This document shows, in pieces, positions 8,448-17,568 of a DNA stretch of 64,000 bases. Under the pieces are notes generated by a model. The model made no database searches. It worked only from the letters and a program-made list of their open reading frames with translations, and was not told the origin of the DNA. Every line of letters starts with the position of its first letter. Positions within the stretch are counted from its first letter, which is position 1. The DNA is taken from contig JAAZGO010000002.1 in NCBI GenBank assembly GCA_012511175.1, forward strand, positions 1,047 to 65,046, read 5' to 3'. The position numbers were made by a program, and so were the translations under genes. This stretch comes from Fastidiosipila sp. (GTDB taxonomy: Bacteria; Bacillota; Clostridia; Saccharofermentanales; DTU023).

Positions 8448-10850
8448 ATGGCTGATCACAGACAAGGTGAAATCCGGAAAGATAAGGCTTCCGGCATGGA
8501 AGAATCTGTCTCTTTTTCAGGCACCGTCCTGCGGGTCGTTTTTCGTGATGAAGACAGCGGCTATACCATTTTGGAGCTGGGCGGCGAAGAAGATGAGCTG
8601 GCCCTTGTCGGCATCATGCCTCATCTGTCGGCGGGTGACAGGATTTCAGGAGAGGGAAGTACAAGCGACCATCCCGTTTACGGCCCGCAGATCAATGTCC
8701 GGACTATTTCGAGATCGGTTCCGCAAGGGCAGGCAAGAATTGAGAAGTATCTCTCGGCAGGCGCTGTCAAAGGTGTGGGGCCGGCTACTGCGAAAAAACT
8801 GGTCCAGGCTTTCGGGGATAAGACGCTTGAAGTCATGCGGCTTGAACCTGAGCGGGTGGCTGGAATCCGGGGTATCGGGCTGAAAAGGGCCCGGGACTTC
8901 CAAAGCCAGCTGGAGGAGGACCGTCAGTACCAGGACTTGCTCCTGCTCCTTCTGCCCCATGGGATCGGGCCCTCACGTATCCTGCGGATTCACCGGATTC
9001 TGGGCGCCGGTGCGGAGCGGCTGATCCGCGCCAACCCTTATGAGCTTGCCAGCCGGGTTCCAGGCATTGGATTTTTAACAGCGGATGCCATCGCCTCGGC
9101 TGTTGGAATAGCCGGTGATCACCCGGCAAGGCTTAGGGGAGCGATTCTCTTTGCACTCCACCGCTCTCTTTTCAAGGGCGGCCACACGGTCGAATCGGCC
9201 CAAGCAGTCGCGGCTTCGCTCGCCCTTCGGCTGGAAGTCGGTGAGCCGGGGTTGATGCAGGCCATGGACCAATTAATTGAGGAGGGCCTGCTTGCCCGCT
9301 TGTCAGAGATGATGGAAAGAGGAAAGCTGCCGGCCAAGACCCCTTCCGGTCAAAACGGCAAGTGGGCCCGGGCTGCAAAAAAATTGGCCAAAGACCGTCT
9401 GCCGGCAGAGGGAGGCAAAAGCGGCAAGCCTGACCTGCCGGTTTCACCTGATTTGATCGCGCTTCGCGATGTCGCCCGGATCGAGAGGGCGATCGCGGAG
9501 CGCACCCTTCAATTGTCTGCCAGCAAGCTCTCCTCCAGGCAGTCCGTCAGCTGGCAGGAGGCGGCGGGCCTGGTCGAAGCTCTTGTGGAAAAAGAAGGAT
9601 TCAAGCCCGGCGAAGAGCAGCAAGAAGCGCTGCTGATGGCGCTGACCCAGCCACTTTCGATCGTGACGGGCGGGCCGGGTACCGGGAAAACAGCCATGGT
9701 GCGCCTGCTGACGCTGATTCTCAAGGAACGGGGAGAAAAAATCCTTCTGGCGGCACCGACAGGCCGTGCGGCCAGGAGGCTGTCGGAAGTTTGTAAAATG
9801 CCCGCCAAGACACTTCACCGGCTGCTGGCGCTCCGGGCCCAGGACGACGAGCTGCCCGACGCATCCTTCTGGCTGACGGCGGAACCCCTTGACTGCGATA
9901 CCCTGATTGTTGATGAATGCTCCATGATTGACCTCTTCCTCTTCGCCAATCTCCTGTCGGCAGTCAAACCGGGCACTCGCCTGCTGCTGATTGGCGATGC
10001 GGATCAGCTGCCTTCAATCGGCCCCGGCCAGGTTTTGCGTGACCTGCTCCAGACTCAGGCGGCAGCGCATAAGCAGCTGACCGAGATTTACCGTCAGGAG
10101 GCACACAAGCTGATTGTCAGCAATGCCCACCGGATCCTGAAAGGAGACCCGCTTGAGTTCGATCAAACGCTGGAATCCGACTTCATCTTCATTGATTGTG
10201 ACGATGAGGAGGCCATGCATGAGGGGGTCATGAAGCTGTGCCGCCAGGTCCTGCCCGGCTACTACGGGGTCACCGGTCTGAATGGCGTCCAGGTTCTTTC
10301 AGCCATCCGGCGCGGTCCTGCGGGTGTAAGCCGGCTCAATCGCAGCTTGCAGGAGCTGGCCCACACAGGCTCATTTCAAGTCCTGGAAGCCGGAGGCCAT
10401 CCATTCGCCAGGGGCGACAAGGTCATGCAGACCCGCAATAACTACGATCTGAGCTGGGAAACCGTCGTGGGAGGCAGGCAGGGCAAGGGGGTCATGAACG
10501 GCGAAACTGGCACGGTCCAGTCCATCAATCCTGCCGGGCCAAGCCTTACGGTTCTCTTCGAAGAGGAACGCCTTGCCCTGATCAAAGGTGAAGATCTGAA
10601 TGATCTGGACCTGGCCTATGCCATCACCATACATAAATCGCAGGGGTCGGAGTACCCGGTGGAAATTCTGGTTATTCCTTCCGGCGCGCCCTCCTTTTTG
10701 ACAAGAAATCTGCTCTATACAGGAATCACCCGGGCCAAAGAAAGGCTATTCCTCCTGACAAGGCGCCGTACCCTGGCCATGATGCTGAAAAACAACGAGG
10801 CCAACGAGAGGCGAGGCAGCCTGGTTTGGCAGCTTTCCCTCCGGCAGTGA
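8448..10850 (+). CDS. recD2: RecD2-like SF1B ATP-dependent DNA helicase
   Basis: Walker A VTGGPGTGKT, LLAAPTGRAA, DECSMID and the C-terminal AITIHKSQGSE. Length and N-terminal OB/HhH region are typical of RecD2. Confidence 0.9.
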   Translation: MADHRQGEIRKDKASGMEESVSFSGTVLRVVFRDEDSGYTILELGGEEDELALVGIMPHLSAGDRISGEGSTSDHPVYGPQINVRTISRSVPQGQARIEKYLSAGAVKGVGPATAKKLVQAFGDKTLEVMRLEPERVAGIRGIGLKRARDFQSQLEEDRQYQDLLLLLLPHGIGPSRILRIHRILGAGAERLIRANPYELASRVPGIGFLTADAIASAVGIAGDHPARLRGAILFALHRSLFKGGHTVESAQAVAASLALRLEVGEPGLMQAMDQLIEEGLLARLSEMMERGKLPAKTPSGQNGKWARAAKKLAKDRLPAEGGKSGKPDLPVSPDLIALRDVARIERAIAERTLQLSASKLSSRQSVSWQEAAGLVEALVEKEGFKPGEEQQEALLMALTQPLSIVTGGPGTGKTAMVRLLTLILKERGEKILLAAPTGRAARRLSEVCKMPAKTLHRLLALRAQDDELPDASFWLTAEPLDCDTLIVDECSMIDLFLFANLLSAVKPGTRLLLIGDADQLPSIGPGQVLRDLLQTQAAAHKQLTEIYRQEAHKLIVSNAHRILKGDPLEFDQTLESDFIFIDCDDEEAMHEGVMKLCRQVLPGYYGVTGLNGVQVLSAIRRGPAGVSRLNRSLQELAHTGSFQVLEAGGHPFARGDKVMQTRNNYDLSWETVVGGRQGKGVMNGETGTVQSINPAGPSLTVLFEEERLALIKGEDLNDLDLAYAITIHKSQGSEYPVEILVIPSGAPSFLTRNLLYTGITRAKERLFLLTRRRTLAMMLKNNEANERRGSLVWQLSLRQ

Positions 10851-11584
10851 ACAGGCATTCCCGTTTTCGAAGAATTCTGTCTCTTGCCCAAAAGACCTTT
10901 GAGAAGCTTTATTACATTCCCTGCTGCGCCATCTGTGATGAAGCGGTTCATCCTCCGCTTCCCTCGCCCTTTATCTGCAGAGACTGCCTTGCCGGGCTTC
11001 CTTTCCGCCTGGGCAGGGAAGAAATTGAATGGCAGGGCGGCTTTCCCCTGTACGCCACTTTCTTTTACAGGGATGACCTGCCCAAACTCCTCGTTTCCAT
11101 GAAATTTTCAGGCCGGACGGACCGGGCCCGTGCCTTGGCTCCTCTTATGGCGCACACGGTCCGCCGCCATCATTTAGGGGCTGACGCCATCATCCCGGTC
11201 CCCCTTCACCGGCGCAGGAAGGCGGAACGCGGCTATAACCAGGTTTCGGTTCTCGCGGAGTGCCTCTCAGAGGCCATCGATGTTCCCGCAGTTGAAGGGC
11301 TCCTGATCCGCCATCATTACACGGAGCGGCAAAGCGAGGCCCATTCAGTCAAGGAGCGGCAGCTGCATCTTCAAAATGCTTTCAGTATGGACCCTGCCTG
11401 TCCGCTTTCCTCCTCGCTTCAAGGGCGCCCCGTTATCCTCCTCGATGATGTGCTGACGACAGGCGCGACCATGATGGAAGCTGCGCGGCCGCTTATGAAA
11501 GCCGGGATACGGGTGACCGGGTTGGTGGCGGCCACAGGGAAAGACCGCTATCAGGGTTACGGTGAGGCGGCCGATCAATGGTAA
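10847..11584 (+). CDS. comFC: ComF-family protein (ComFC-like, PRTase fold)
   Basis: N-terminal Cys pairs (CCAICDE...CRDC) and the PRPP motif VILLDDVLTTGATM. GTG 10847 gives a GTGA overlap with the recD2 stop. The track ORF starts at 10826. Confidence 0.8.
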   Translation: MNRHSRFRRILSLAQKTFEKLYYIPCCAICDEAVHPPLPSPFICRDCLAGLPFRLGREEIEWQGGFPLYATFFYRDDLPKLLVSMKFSGRTDRARALAPLMAHTVRRHHLGADAIIPVPLHRRRKAERGYNQVSVLAECLSEAIDVPAVEGLLIRHHYTERQSEAHSVKERQLHLQNAFSMDPACPLSSSLQGRPVILLDDVLTTGATMMEAARPLMKAGIRVTGLVAATGKDRYQGYGEAADQW

Positions 11585-11614
11585 GATATCCAAAACATGA
11601 AAGAGGTAATCTCC

Positions 11615-12373
11615 ATGAACGGGTTGATTGTGGCTGGCCTGATTATTCCGGGGATCATGACCGGGATCGGGGCCATTCCCGCCCTTTTTGCCAGGGATGT
11701 GCCGCGCAAATGGCTTGACATCATGCTGGGTTTTGCCGCCGGCGTCATGCTGTCAGCGACCTGCTTTTCGCTCATTTTGCCCAGCATCGAGCATGGCGGC
11801 GGGACGCTCACAGCCGTCCTGGTGACTGCTGCCGGCATCGTGGCCGGCGCGGCCATGATTGACCTGATTGATCATTACGCGCCGCACGAGCACCTGATCT
11901 CGAAGCATCACGAAGGGGTCGTCACGGATTCCTTGAAGAAGATCTGGCTCTTTGTAATCGCCATTACCATCCACAACGTTCCCGAGGGCCTGGCTGTCGG
12001 CGTCGCCTTCGGATCCAATAATCCCGCTGGCGGAATTCCGATTGCCATCGGAATTGGACTTCAAAATCTTCCGGAAGGCCTGGCGGTGGCCTTTGCCTTG
12101 ATGCGTGAAAAATACAGCGCAAAAATTGCTTTCTGGATTGCCCTGATTACGGGGATCATTGAACCGGTCATGGCCTTTTTGGGTTTTGGCCTGGTCCGCC
12201 TCTTCAAGCCGGCTCTCTCCTTTATCCTGGCGCTTGCGGCCGGTGCGATGCTTTTCGTAATCGTCGACGAAGTCATCCCCGAAACCCACAGCAGCGGAAA
12301 TGAGCGGGCCGCCAGCTATGCCATGCTGATTGGTTTTGTCATCATGATGGTGCTGGATATCGCGCTCGGCTAA
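11615..12373 (+). CDS. ZIP-family divalent metal (zinc) transporter
   Basis: Multi-TM protein with HNVPEGLAVG and QNLPEGLAV motifs (ZupT/GufA type). AGAGGT RBS lies 7 nt before ATG 11615; ATG 11597 is an alternative start. Confidence 0.85.
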   Translation: MNGLIVAGLIIPGIMTGIGAIPALFARDVPRKWLDIMLGFAAGVMLSATCFSLILPSIEHGGGTLTAVLVTAAGIVAGAAMIDLIDHYAPHEHLISKHHEGVVTDSLKKIWLFVIAITIHNVPEGLAVGVAFGSNNPAGGIPIAIGIGLQNLPEGLAVAFALMREKYSAKIAFWIALITGIIEPVMAFLGFGLVRLFKPALSFILALAAGAMLFVIVDEVIPETHSSGNERAASYAMLIGFVIMMVLDIALG

Positions 12374-13431
12374 TCAAAATAGGCATGTGACAGCTGACCG
12401 AAACGGTGATGGCTGAAGAGGACCAGGCGGTCCATGGTGAAGGGCGGTATACCCAGGATCTGGTAGATGTCAAGCGAGCCCGGGGCCATGGTCTGCCGGA
12501 GGGTGCCGGCAAAATCGAGCTGGGATCTGATTTCTGTTAAAAAACTCAGCATCAAAAGGGGATCGTGGACAAAGATGACCAAGGCCAGCAGGCAGGCGAA
12601 AGTATCCTTCTGGCCGATTCCCTGCCTGTATTCTGAAGGTGACAGAAGACCCTGCGGGAGCAGGGAAAGAAACGCTTCCTCTGGGATCAGGCTGGTCATC
12701 TCGCTGGAGAAAACACGCTCGCCGTGGGCGATGGTGTTACGGTATTCGCGCAATAGTTCAAGCGCAGCGTTGAAGAATTCATTTGAACGTTCCGGCGAAT
12801 GGCCCGGAGGGATTGAAGCCGATTCGCCCCACATCATTTTTGAACAGATTTCCTCCCTGTCCGCTTCCCTCAGAATGTGATACCACTGGATGGCCAGACC
12901 GAACTCGATGTCGTGGACAAACATCCAGGGAGGCAATTGCTTCTTGCTGGTGAGAAACTTGTGAGAATAGGAGTTGCTCCGGGTGTCGGAAAGCAGAAAT
13001 TTCAACTTGCTCCTCAAGGTCCGCAGGATTCCCTCGGTTGCCGGGTTGGAAACATCGTAATGTCCCTGGTAAAAAAAATTATTGCGGGGATTATCGATAT
13101 CTTCACCGCTTTCGGTACCGAACTCGCGTGAAATCAGATAGGCAAGTTTTGTTTTAAAGGAAGCTTCGACGTAGAGAATCCCCTTGAGGAGGACCTGGTA
13201 GAAGTTGATGTTGAGCATGTGGGCAAGCTGAAGATCAAGCAGGGAAGGATTTCCTTCAAAATCCCGCTTGTCAAGACCGCCGTAGAGATGTTTGTTGAGA
13301 TTGACCAGGGAATAATAGGAGAAGGTACTAAGGGCTTCGACTGCTTCTTTTTCATCAGTCACTTCGATGCCGCGGCTTCGCATGAATTCAATCTGTTCGG
13401 CGTAGGTGCGAAAAGTTTTATGTTTCAGCAT
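12370..13431 (-). CDS. Abi_2 (AbiD/AbiF-like) abortive-infection family protein
   Basis: The N-terminus YAEQIEFMRSRGIEVTDEKEAVEALSTFSYYSLVN follows the Abi_2 pattern (eQi..L..RGl.i.D...a...L....YY.l). GGGAGGG RBS is present. Its stop codon overlaps the stop of the convergent ZIP gene. Confidence 0.7.
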   Translation of the reverse strand: MLKHKTFRTYAEQIEFMRSRGIEVTDEKEAVEALSTFSYYSLVNLNKHLYGGLDKRDFEGNPSLLDLQLAHMLNINFYQVLLKGILYVEASFKTKLAYLISREFGTESGEDIDNPRNNFFYQGHYDVSNPATEGILRTLRSKLKFLLSDTRSNSYSHKFLTSKKQLPPWMFVHDIEFGLAIQWYHILREADREEICSKMMWGESASIPPGHSPERSNEFFNAALELLREYRNTIAHGERVFSSEMTSLIPEEAFLSLLPQGLLSPSEYRQGIGQKDTFACLLALVIFVHDPLLMLSFLTEIRSQLDFAGTLRQTMAPGSLDIYQILGIPPFTMDRLVLFSHHRFGQLSHAYFD

Positions 13432-13463
13432 GATTGACCCTCCCTTTTTGCGCTTTCATTATC

Positions 13464-13778
13464 TCACGCCCCCGCTGGTTTGCGGCCGCGGTCCTTGACA
13501 GCTTTGTAGGGCTGGGCAGCTGGTGCCGGTTCCGGATCGCCCTTCCCGTCCATCCACCAGCGACCGGTCAGGGGGGAGTAGTAGAGGGGTAAGTCTTTGC
13601 CGCAGATCCGGCACAGCCAGCACTCGCCGGAACCTGCCGATCGGGCGGCCCGGCGGCCCAGGTAAAGGGAGCGGGTGATCTCGTAGCGCGAGCCGTCCTC
13701 CCAGGTAATTTCGAGCGGATGCCGGGCGCCGGAGGCGCTCATCTCAAGAATAACGGAAACGAAGACGGGCCGGCTCAT
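13464..13778 (-). CDS. small hypothetical protein (paralog A) downstream of the Y-family polymerase
   Basis: ATGA overlap with the polymerase stop. It shares ...PL....DGS...I.R.L and W..C.I....L.Y.....RW motifs with ORF 15016..15279. Confidence 0.6.
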   Translation of the reverse strand: MSRPVFVSVILEMSASGARHPLEITWEDGSRYEITRSLYLGRRAARSAGSGECWLCRICGKDLPLYYSPLTGRWWMDGKGDPEPAPAAQPYKAVKDRGRKPAGA

Positions 13779-15019
13779 GGTCCGAAGAATCCAATGGGAT
13801 GGATAACATTTTCGTTTTTTATGTCGTGTTCAGTAAGCGAGCGGTCGGCAAGTGAGATCCCGCGCCGGACGGCCAGGCCGCCGTAGCGGCCGCGAAGCAG
13901 ATCGATGGTATTTTCAAGCTGCCACACGGCTTTCCGCCTTCTTTCTTCGGGCAGGAAGGATTCCTGGTTCAGTTTCGAAAGAGGGATGAGATTGCAGGCG
14001 CGTACGCCAAGACTTCGGATCCATTGCCCCGGCTTGAAATGGGCCATGATGAGCTTGAAGGCCGCCGGTGCGATCTCGGAACAGAGTTGGCTGGCAAGCG
14101 GGAGGGGGGCCTGCCGTTCAAAATTGCAAAGCTGATAGTCGCGCAGGCTGACCTGGACTGTCCGGGCTGCCATGCCGGCGTCGCGCAGCCGGCTGGCAAC
14201 CGATTCAGCCAGCATGTAGGTGACCGCCTTGATGTCCTTCTCCGTGTAGAGGTCGTGCCGCGTCGTGATGGAATTGCCGACCGATTTGATGGGGATCTCC
14301 CGCCCCGATGAAGCGACGGGTGTCTCATCAAGGCCGGCGGCGAAGGTGTAAAGACTCAGGCCGACAATACCGAAGCTGGTGCGGAGGAAGTCCGGCCCTG
14401 CCGCAACGAGCTGACCGATGGTCCGGATGCCGACACGCCGGAGTTTGCGGTAAGTTGCCCGGCCGACGTAAAGCAGATCCTCGACGGGCCGGGAATAGAC
14501 AATGCTGCGGTAGTTATGGCGTGAAATAAGGGTGGTGGCGTCCGGTTTCTTCAGGTCACTCCCAAGCTTGGCGTAGATTTTATTCCAGCTGACCCCGACA
14601 CTCACGGTCAGGCCCAATTCCTTTTTCATGCGGCTCCGCAATGTTTCGGCGACGGCAAATCCATCATCCCGGGGGCAGTCGCTCAGGTCCATCCAGCACT
14701 CGTCGATGCCGAAGGATTCGACACGGTCCGTGTACTGGCGGTAGATCTCGCGGGCCAGCCGGCTGTAGTAGAGGTAGCTCCGGTAATCGGGCGGGACCAG
14801 AACCAGCTGCGGACATTTTTGTTTGGCCTGCCAGATGGTCTCTCCCGTCTTGATTCCTGTCTTTTTGGCCAGTTGATTTTTGGCCAGCACGATTCCGTGC
14901 CGGTTGACCGGATCGCCGGCAACGGCGCAGGGGACGGTCTTCAAAGAGGGCCGGCCAAGCATCTCCACGCTGGCGTAGAAGGAATTCTGATCGACATGCA
15001 GGATGACCCGGTCCTTCAT
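13775..15019 (-). CDS. Y-family (DinB/UmuC-like) translesion DNA polymerase
   Basis: ILHVDQNSFYASVE, GIDECWMDLS and SVGVSWNKIYAKLGSDLKKPD are typical Y-family palm and finger motifs. LexA boxes lie upstream of the operon. Confidence 0.9.
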   Translation of the reverse strand: MKDRVILHVDQNSFYASVEMLGRPSLKTVPCAVAGDPVNRHGIVLAKNQLAKKTGIKTGETIWQAKQKCPQLVLVPPDYRSYLYYSRLAREIYRQYTDRVESFGIDECWMDLSDCPRDDGFAVAETLRSRMKKELGLTVSVGVSWNKIYAKLGSDLKKPDATTLISRHNYRSIVYSRPVEDLLYVGRATYRKLRRVGIRTIGQLVAAGPDFLRTSFGIVGLSLYTFAAGLDETPVASSGREIPIKSVGNSITTRHDLYTEKDIKAVTYMLAESVASRLRDAGMAARTVQVSLRDYQLCNFERQAPLPLASQLCSEIAPAAFKLIMAHFKPGQWIRSLGVRACNLIPLSKLNQESFLPEERRRKAVWQLENTIDLLRGRYGGLAVRRGISLADRSLTEHDIKNENVIHPIGFFGP

Positions 15020-15279
15020 TCCTGCAATCCTCCGCTCAACAAAGAGGCCTCGATGGACCAGCGGTGGGAGGCGGCATCGTAAAAGAGGGTGACGGGCCGG
15101 TCTTCGATCAGGCAGGAAAAACGCCAGTCGGAAGACCCGTCTTTTGCCAGGTTGCGCTGCGGCGCCTGGAGACGCCGGCTGATCGTAAACTCCGAACCGT
15201 CATCAAAACAAAGCCTGAGCGGGAAAAGATCACCTTCGGGGGTGATCTTCGCCACGACTGTGACATACCTGCGTTCCAT
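15016..15279 (-). CDS. small hypothetical protein (paralog B) upstream of the Y-family polymerase
   Basis: Its stop forms an ATGA overlap with the polymerase start. ATG 15279 has a GAGG RBS; the track ORF starts at TTG 15291. It is paralogous to 13464..13778. Confidence 0.6.
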   Translation of the reverse strand: MERRYVTVVAKITPEGDLFPLRLCFDDGSEFTISRRLQAPQRNLAKDGSSDWRFSCLIEDRPVTLFYDAASHRWSIEASLLSGGLQE

Positions 15280-15292
15280 GCCAAACCTCAAT

Positions 15293-15306
15293 CGAACAAT
15301 CGTTCG
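15293..15306. promoter_or_regulatory. LexA operator (Cheo box) 1
   Basis: CGAACAATCGTTCG matches the Firmicutes SOS box CGAACnnnnGTTCG perfectly. It lies between the -10 and the RBS of the polymerase operon. Confidence 0.75.
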
Positions 15307-15311
15307 TATTT

Positions 15312-15340
15312 AGTTTAACACGTACATATGTTCGACGCAA
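15312..15340 (-). promoter_or_regulatory. SOS promoter (TTGCGT-17 nt-TAAACT) with an embedded second LexA box at 15321..15334
   Basis: The reverse strand reads TTGCGT cgaacatatgtacgtgt TAAACT. The spacer contains CGAACATATGTACG, one mismatch to the Cheo consensus. Confidence 0.65.
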
Positions 15341-15352
15341 GCAGCCAGCTTC

Positions 15353-15847
15353 TTATTTCAGATTGGCCTTAATCTCCCTGCCCTCCTGGTCATATTTTTT
15401 CTGTTTGCCGGTGATGGTTTCGATCTCAACTTTCCAGACCCCTGTCCGGCCAATGCTTCTGGCAACCTCCCGGTCAAAATGATCCATGAAGGCCGGCGTA
15501 TAGCGAAGGCTGATGGCCCGGAGCGCCTCGATCTTTTCTTCCACGTCTGTGACTTCCAGCGCAGTCCCGCTTACGATGGCTGATTCGTATTCAGTGGAGA
15601 AATCATCTGTCCGCGGCTTGACGTTGACGGCACAGGCGATCGAAACGCGCGGATTATGGCGCAGCGCCTCAAATTTATCCCCGGCAGGCGCGCCGTGGAA
15701 GTAAATGAAACCGCCGATTCTTGCAATGGAGAGCGGAATGCCATAGGGGCGCCCATCCGGCAAGATGGTACTCAATACGGCATAGGGGCACCGGTCAATC
15801 ACTTCCAGCGCCAGGGTTTTGTTCATCTCCCTGTCTTTTCGTCTCAT
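15353..15847 (-). CDS. pyridoxamine 5'-phosphate oxidase-family flavoprotein
   Basis: MRRKDREM...CPYAVLSTILPDGRPYGIPLS....YFHGA..G.K is the general-stress-type PNPOx-like fold pattern. ATG 15847 or GTG 15856 could be the start. Confidence 0.8.
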   Translation of the reverse strand: MRRKDREMNKTLALEVIDRCPYAVLSTILPDGRPYGIPLSIARIGGFIYFHGAPAGDKFEALRHNPRVSIACAVNVKPRTDDFSTEYESAIVSGTALEVTDVEEKIEALRAISLRYTPAFMDHFDREVARSIGRTGVWKVEIETITGKQKKYDQEGREIKANLK

Positions 15848-16205
15848 CCTTAACACCGGCCTTTCTGTTTGCTTTGCAGGAACCCTTTACATTGTACGAC
15901 AGCAGGCAGAATTCATGTTATAAAGGGAAAAGAAGTCTGCCGGTTTTGCAGATCCGTCAAATGATTGAAAATAAAAACCGCAAAGGAGACCAATATGTGA
16001 CTGATTATTGAACTGATCGCCTGGATCGGGCGAAAATTGAAGCAGCTGGCGCTTTCCCTTGACAGGAAAGTTCGAAAAAAATGAGATTTTAAAAAGGTTC
16101 TTATTCCGAATCTTTCGCCGTGAAGGCATGAGGGAGGCCTTGCGGAACAGGTGGGATATTTGTGAAGGAATCATGGAGTTTTTGTTAAGTTAAAAACTTC
16201 AACGC

Positions 16206-16234
16206 TTGACAAGCGCCATCTGCATATTTATGAT
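16206..16234 (+). promoter_or_regulatory. putative sigma-A promoter (TTGACA-17 nt-TATGAT) of the DUF3798 ABC operon
   Basis: TTGACA is at 16206..16211 and TATGAT at 16229..16234. It leaves a leader of about 130 nt containing two strong hairpins. Confidence 0.45.
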
Positions 16235-16366
16235 TGACCTACGTATCTCAAAATAAGAGAGCGTGATCGTCATGCGTTGATTCGTGTAAGGCGAATCGCC
16301 CTCTCTCCTTGCGGAGAGGGTAAAAATCATCCGGGTGACCGGGTGAAAAACAATTGGAGGAAGATT

Positions 16367-17524
16367 ATGACCAAGAAGATTCTCGTGGCTCTGCTTGCCG
16401 TGATGCTGATTCTCTCGGTCGTCGCCTGCGATCGTGGTGAGAAACCGCCCGCCGGAGGTGACTACAAGATTGGTGTCTACACAGGAACCGTCTCACAGGG
16501 GGAGGAGGAGTACCAGGCAGGTCAGAAAATGAAGGAGCGTTACGGTGATAAGATCATTACCGGAACCTATCCCGACAACTTCTCATCTGAGGTCGAACAA
16601 GTCATCCAGGGTGTCCTGCAGCTGGCATCGGATGAGAAAGTGAAAGCCATTGTATTCGTGCAAGCCATCCCGGGCGCGGCGGCGGCCATTGACAAGGTGA
16701 GAGAGACCCGTCCCGATATGCTCTTTGTTGCAGGTGTCTGTGCGGAACCCCCGGAAGTGATGGCGGCCAAAGCTGACGTCAACCTGCTGGTCGACGAAAT
16801 TTCCATGGGGCATACCATTCCCGAGGAAGCGCACCGCATGGGAGCCAAAACCTTTGTTCACATCTCATTCCCGCGTCACCTCGGCTATGAAACCATCGCG
16901 ACCCGCCGTCAGATCATGATCGAGACATGCAAAGATCTCGGCATCACTTTCATGGATCTCGAAGCTCCTGACCCGACGGGTGACGCCGGTATCTCAGGCG
17001 CTCAGCAGTTTATCCGGGAAGACATCCCCAAGAAGATTGCGGAACTCGGTCCTGATACCGCCTTCTTCTCAACCAACTGCGGCCTGCAGGAACCCCTGAT
17101 TCAGGAAGTGCTCAAGGGTGGAGCCATCTATCCGCAGCAGTGCTGCCCGAGCCCCTATCACGCTTACCCCGCAGCCCTGGGTGTTGACCTGGAAGGCCAC
17201 GAGGGCGATGTTAAGTTCATGCTCCAGTCCATTCGCGACAAGCTTCTGGAGGCTGGACAAGAGAAGCGCATGTCGACCTGGGGTGTTCCCATCAACATGC
17301 TGATGCTGGAAGCTGGTGTCGAGTACGCCATCGAGTTCTGTGAAGGCAAGTTCACTGAACGCCACGATCGTCCTGCGCTCGAGCGGGCCATCAAGAAAGT
17401 GGCCGACGAGTACAAGGCGGGCACAATTCAGATTTCCAACTTCAAGACCGAAGATGGCAAGGAGCTCGATAACTTCTACATGCTGCTGGCTCCCTTCGTT
17501 GACTTCAGCAAGCCGATTGAGTGA
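16367..17524 (+). CDS. DUF3798-type substrate-binding lipoprotein of an ABC transporter
   Basis: MTKKILVALLAVMLILSVVAC is a lipoprotein signal. GTVSQGEEEY, TYPDNF, FFSTNCGLQEPLI and QQCCPSPYH match the DUF3798 periplasmic-binding family as I remember it. GGAGG RBS precedes ATG 16367. Confidence 0.8.
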   Translation: MTKKILVALLAVMLILSVVACDRGEKPPAGGDYKIGVYTGTVSQGEEEYQAGQKMKERYGDKIITGTYPDNFSSEVEQVIQGVLQLASDEKVKAIVFVQAIPGAAAAIDKVRETRPDMLFVAGVCAEPPEVMAAKADVNLLVDEISMGHTIPEEAHRMGAKTFVHISFPRHLGYETIATRRQIMIETCKDLGITFMDLEAPDPTGDAGISGAQQFIREDIPKKIAELGPDTAFFSTNCGLQEPLIQEVLKGGAIYPQQCCPSPYHAYPAALGVDLEGHEGDVKFMLQSIRDKLLEAGQEKRMSTWGVPINMLMLEAGVEYAIEFCEGKFTERHDRPALERAIKKVADEYKAGTIQISNFKTEDGKELDNFYMLLAPFVDFSKPIE

Positions 17525-17568
17525 GCACTTCACGGTGAACGCCTAGATGCTGTTTGCCTGATGCATGA

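Noticed and set aside
15887-16174. 95-aa minus-strand ORF in the 510-bp spacer between the PNPOx gene and the ABC operon
   Set aside because: It has no RBS, low-complexity sequence and no motif. The spacer more likely holds promoters for the divergent genes.
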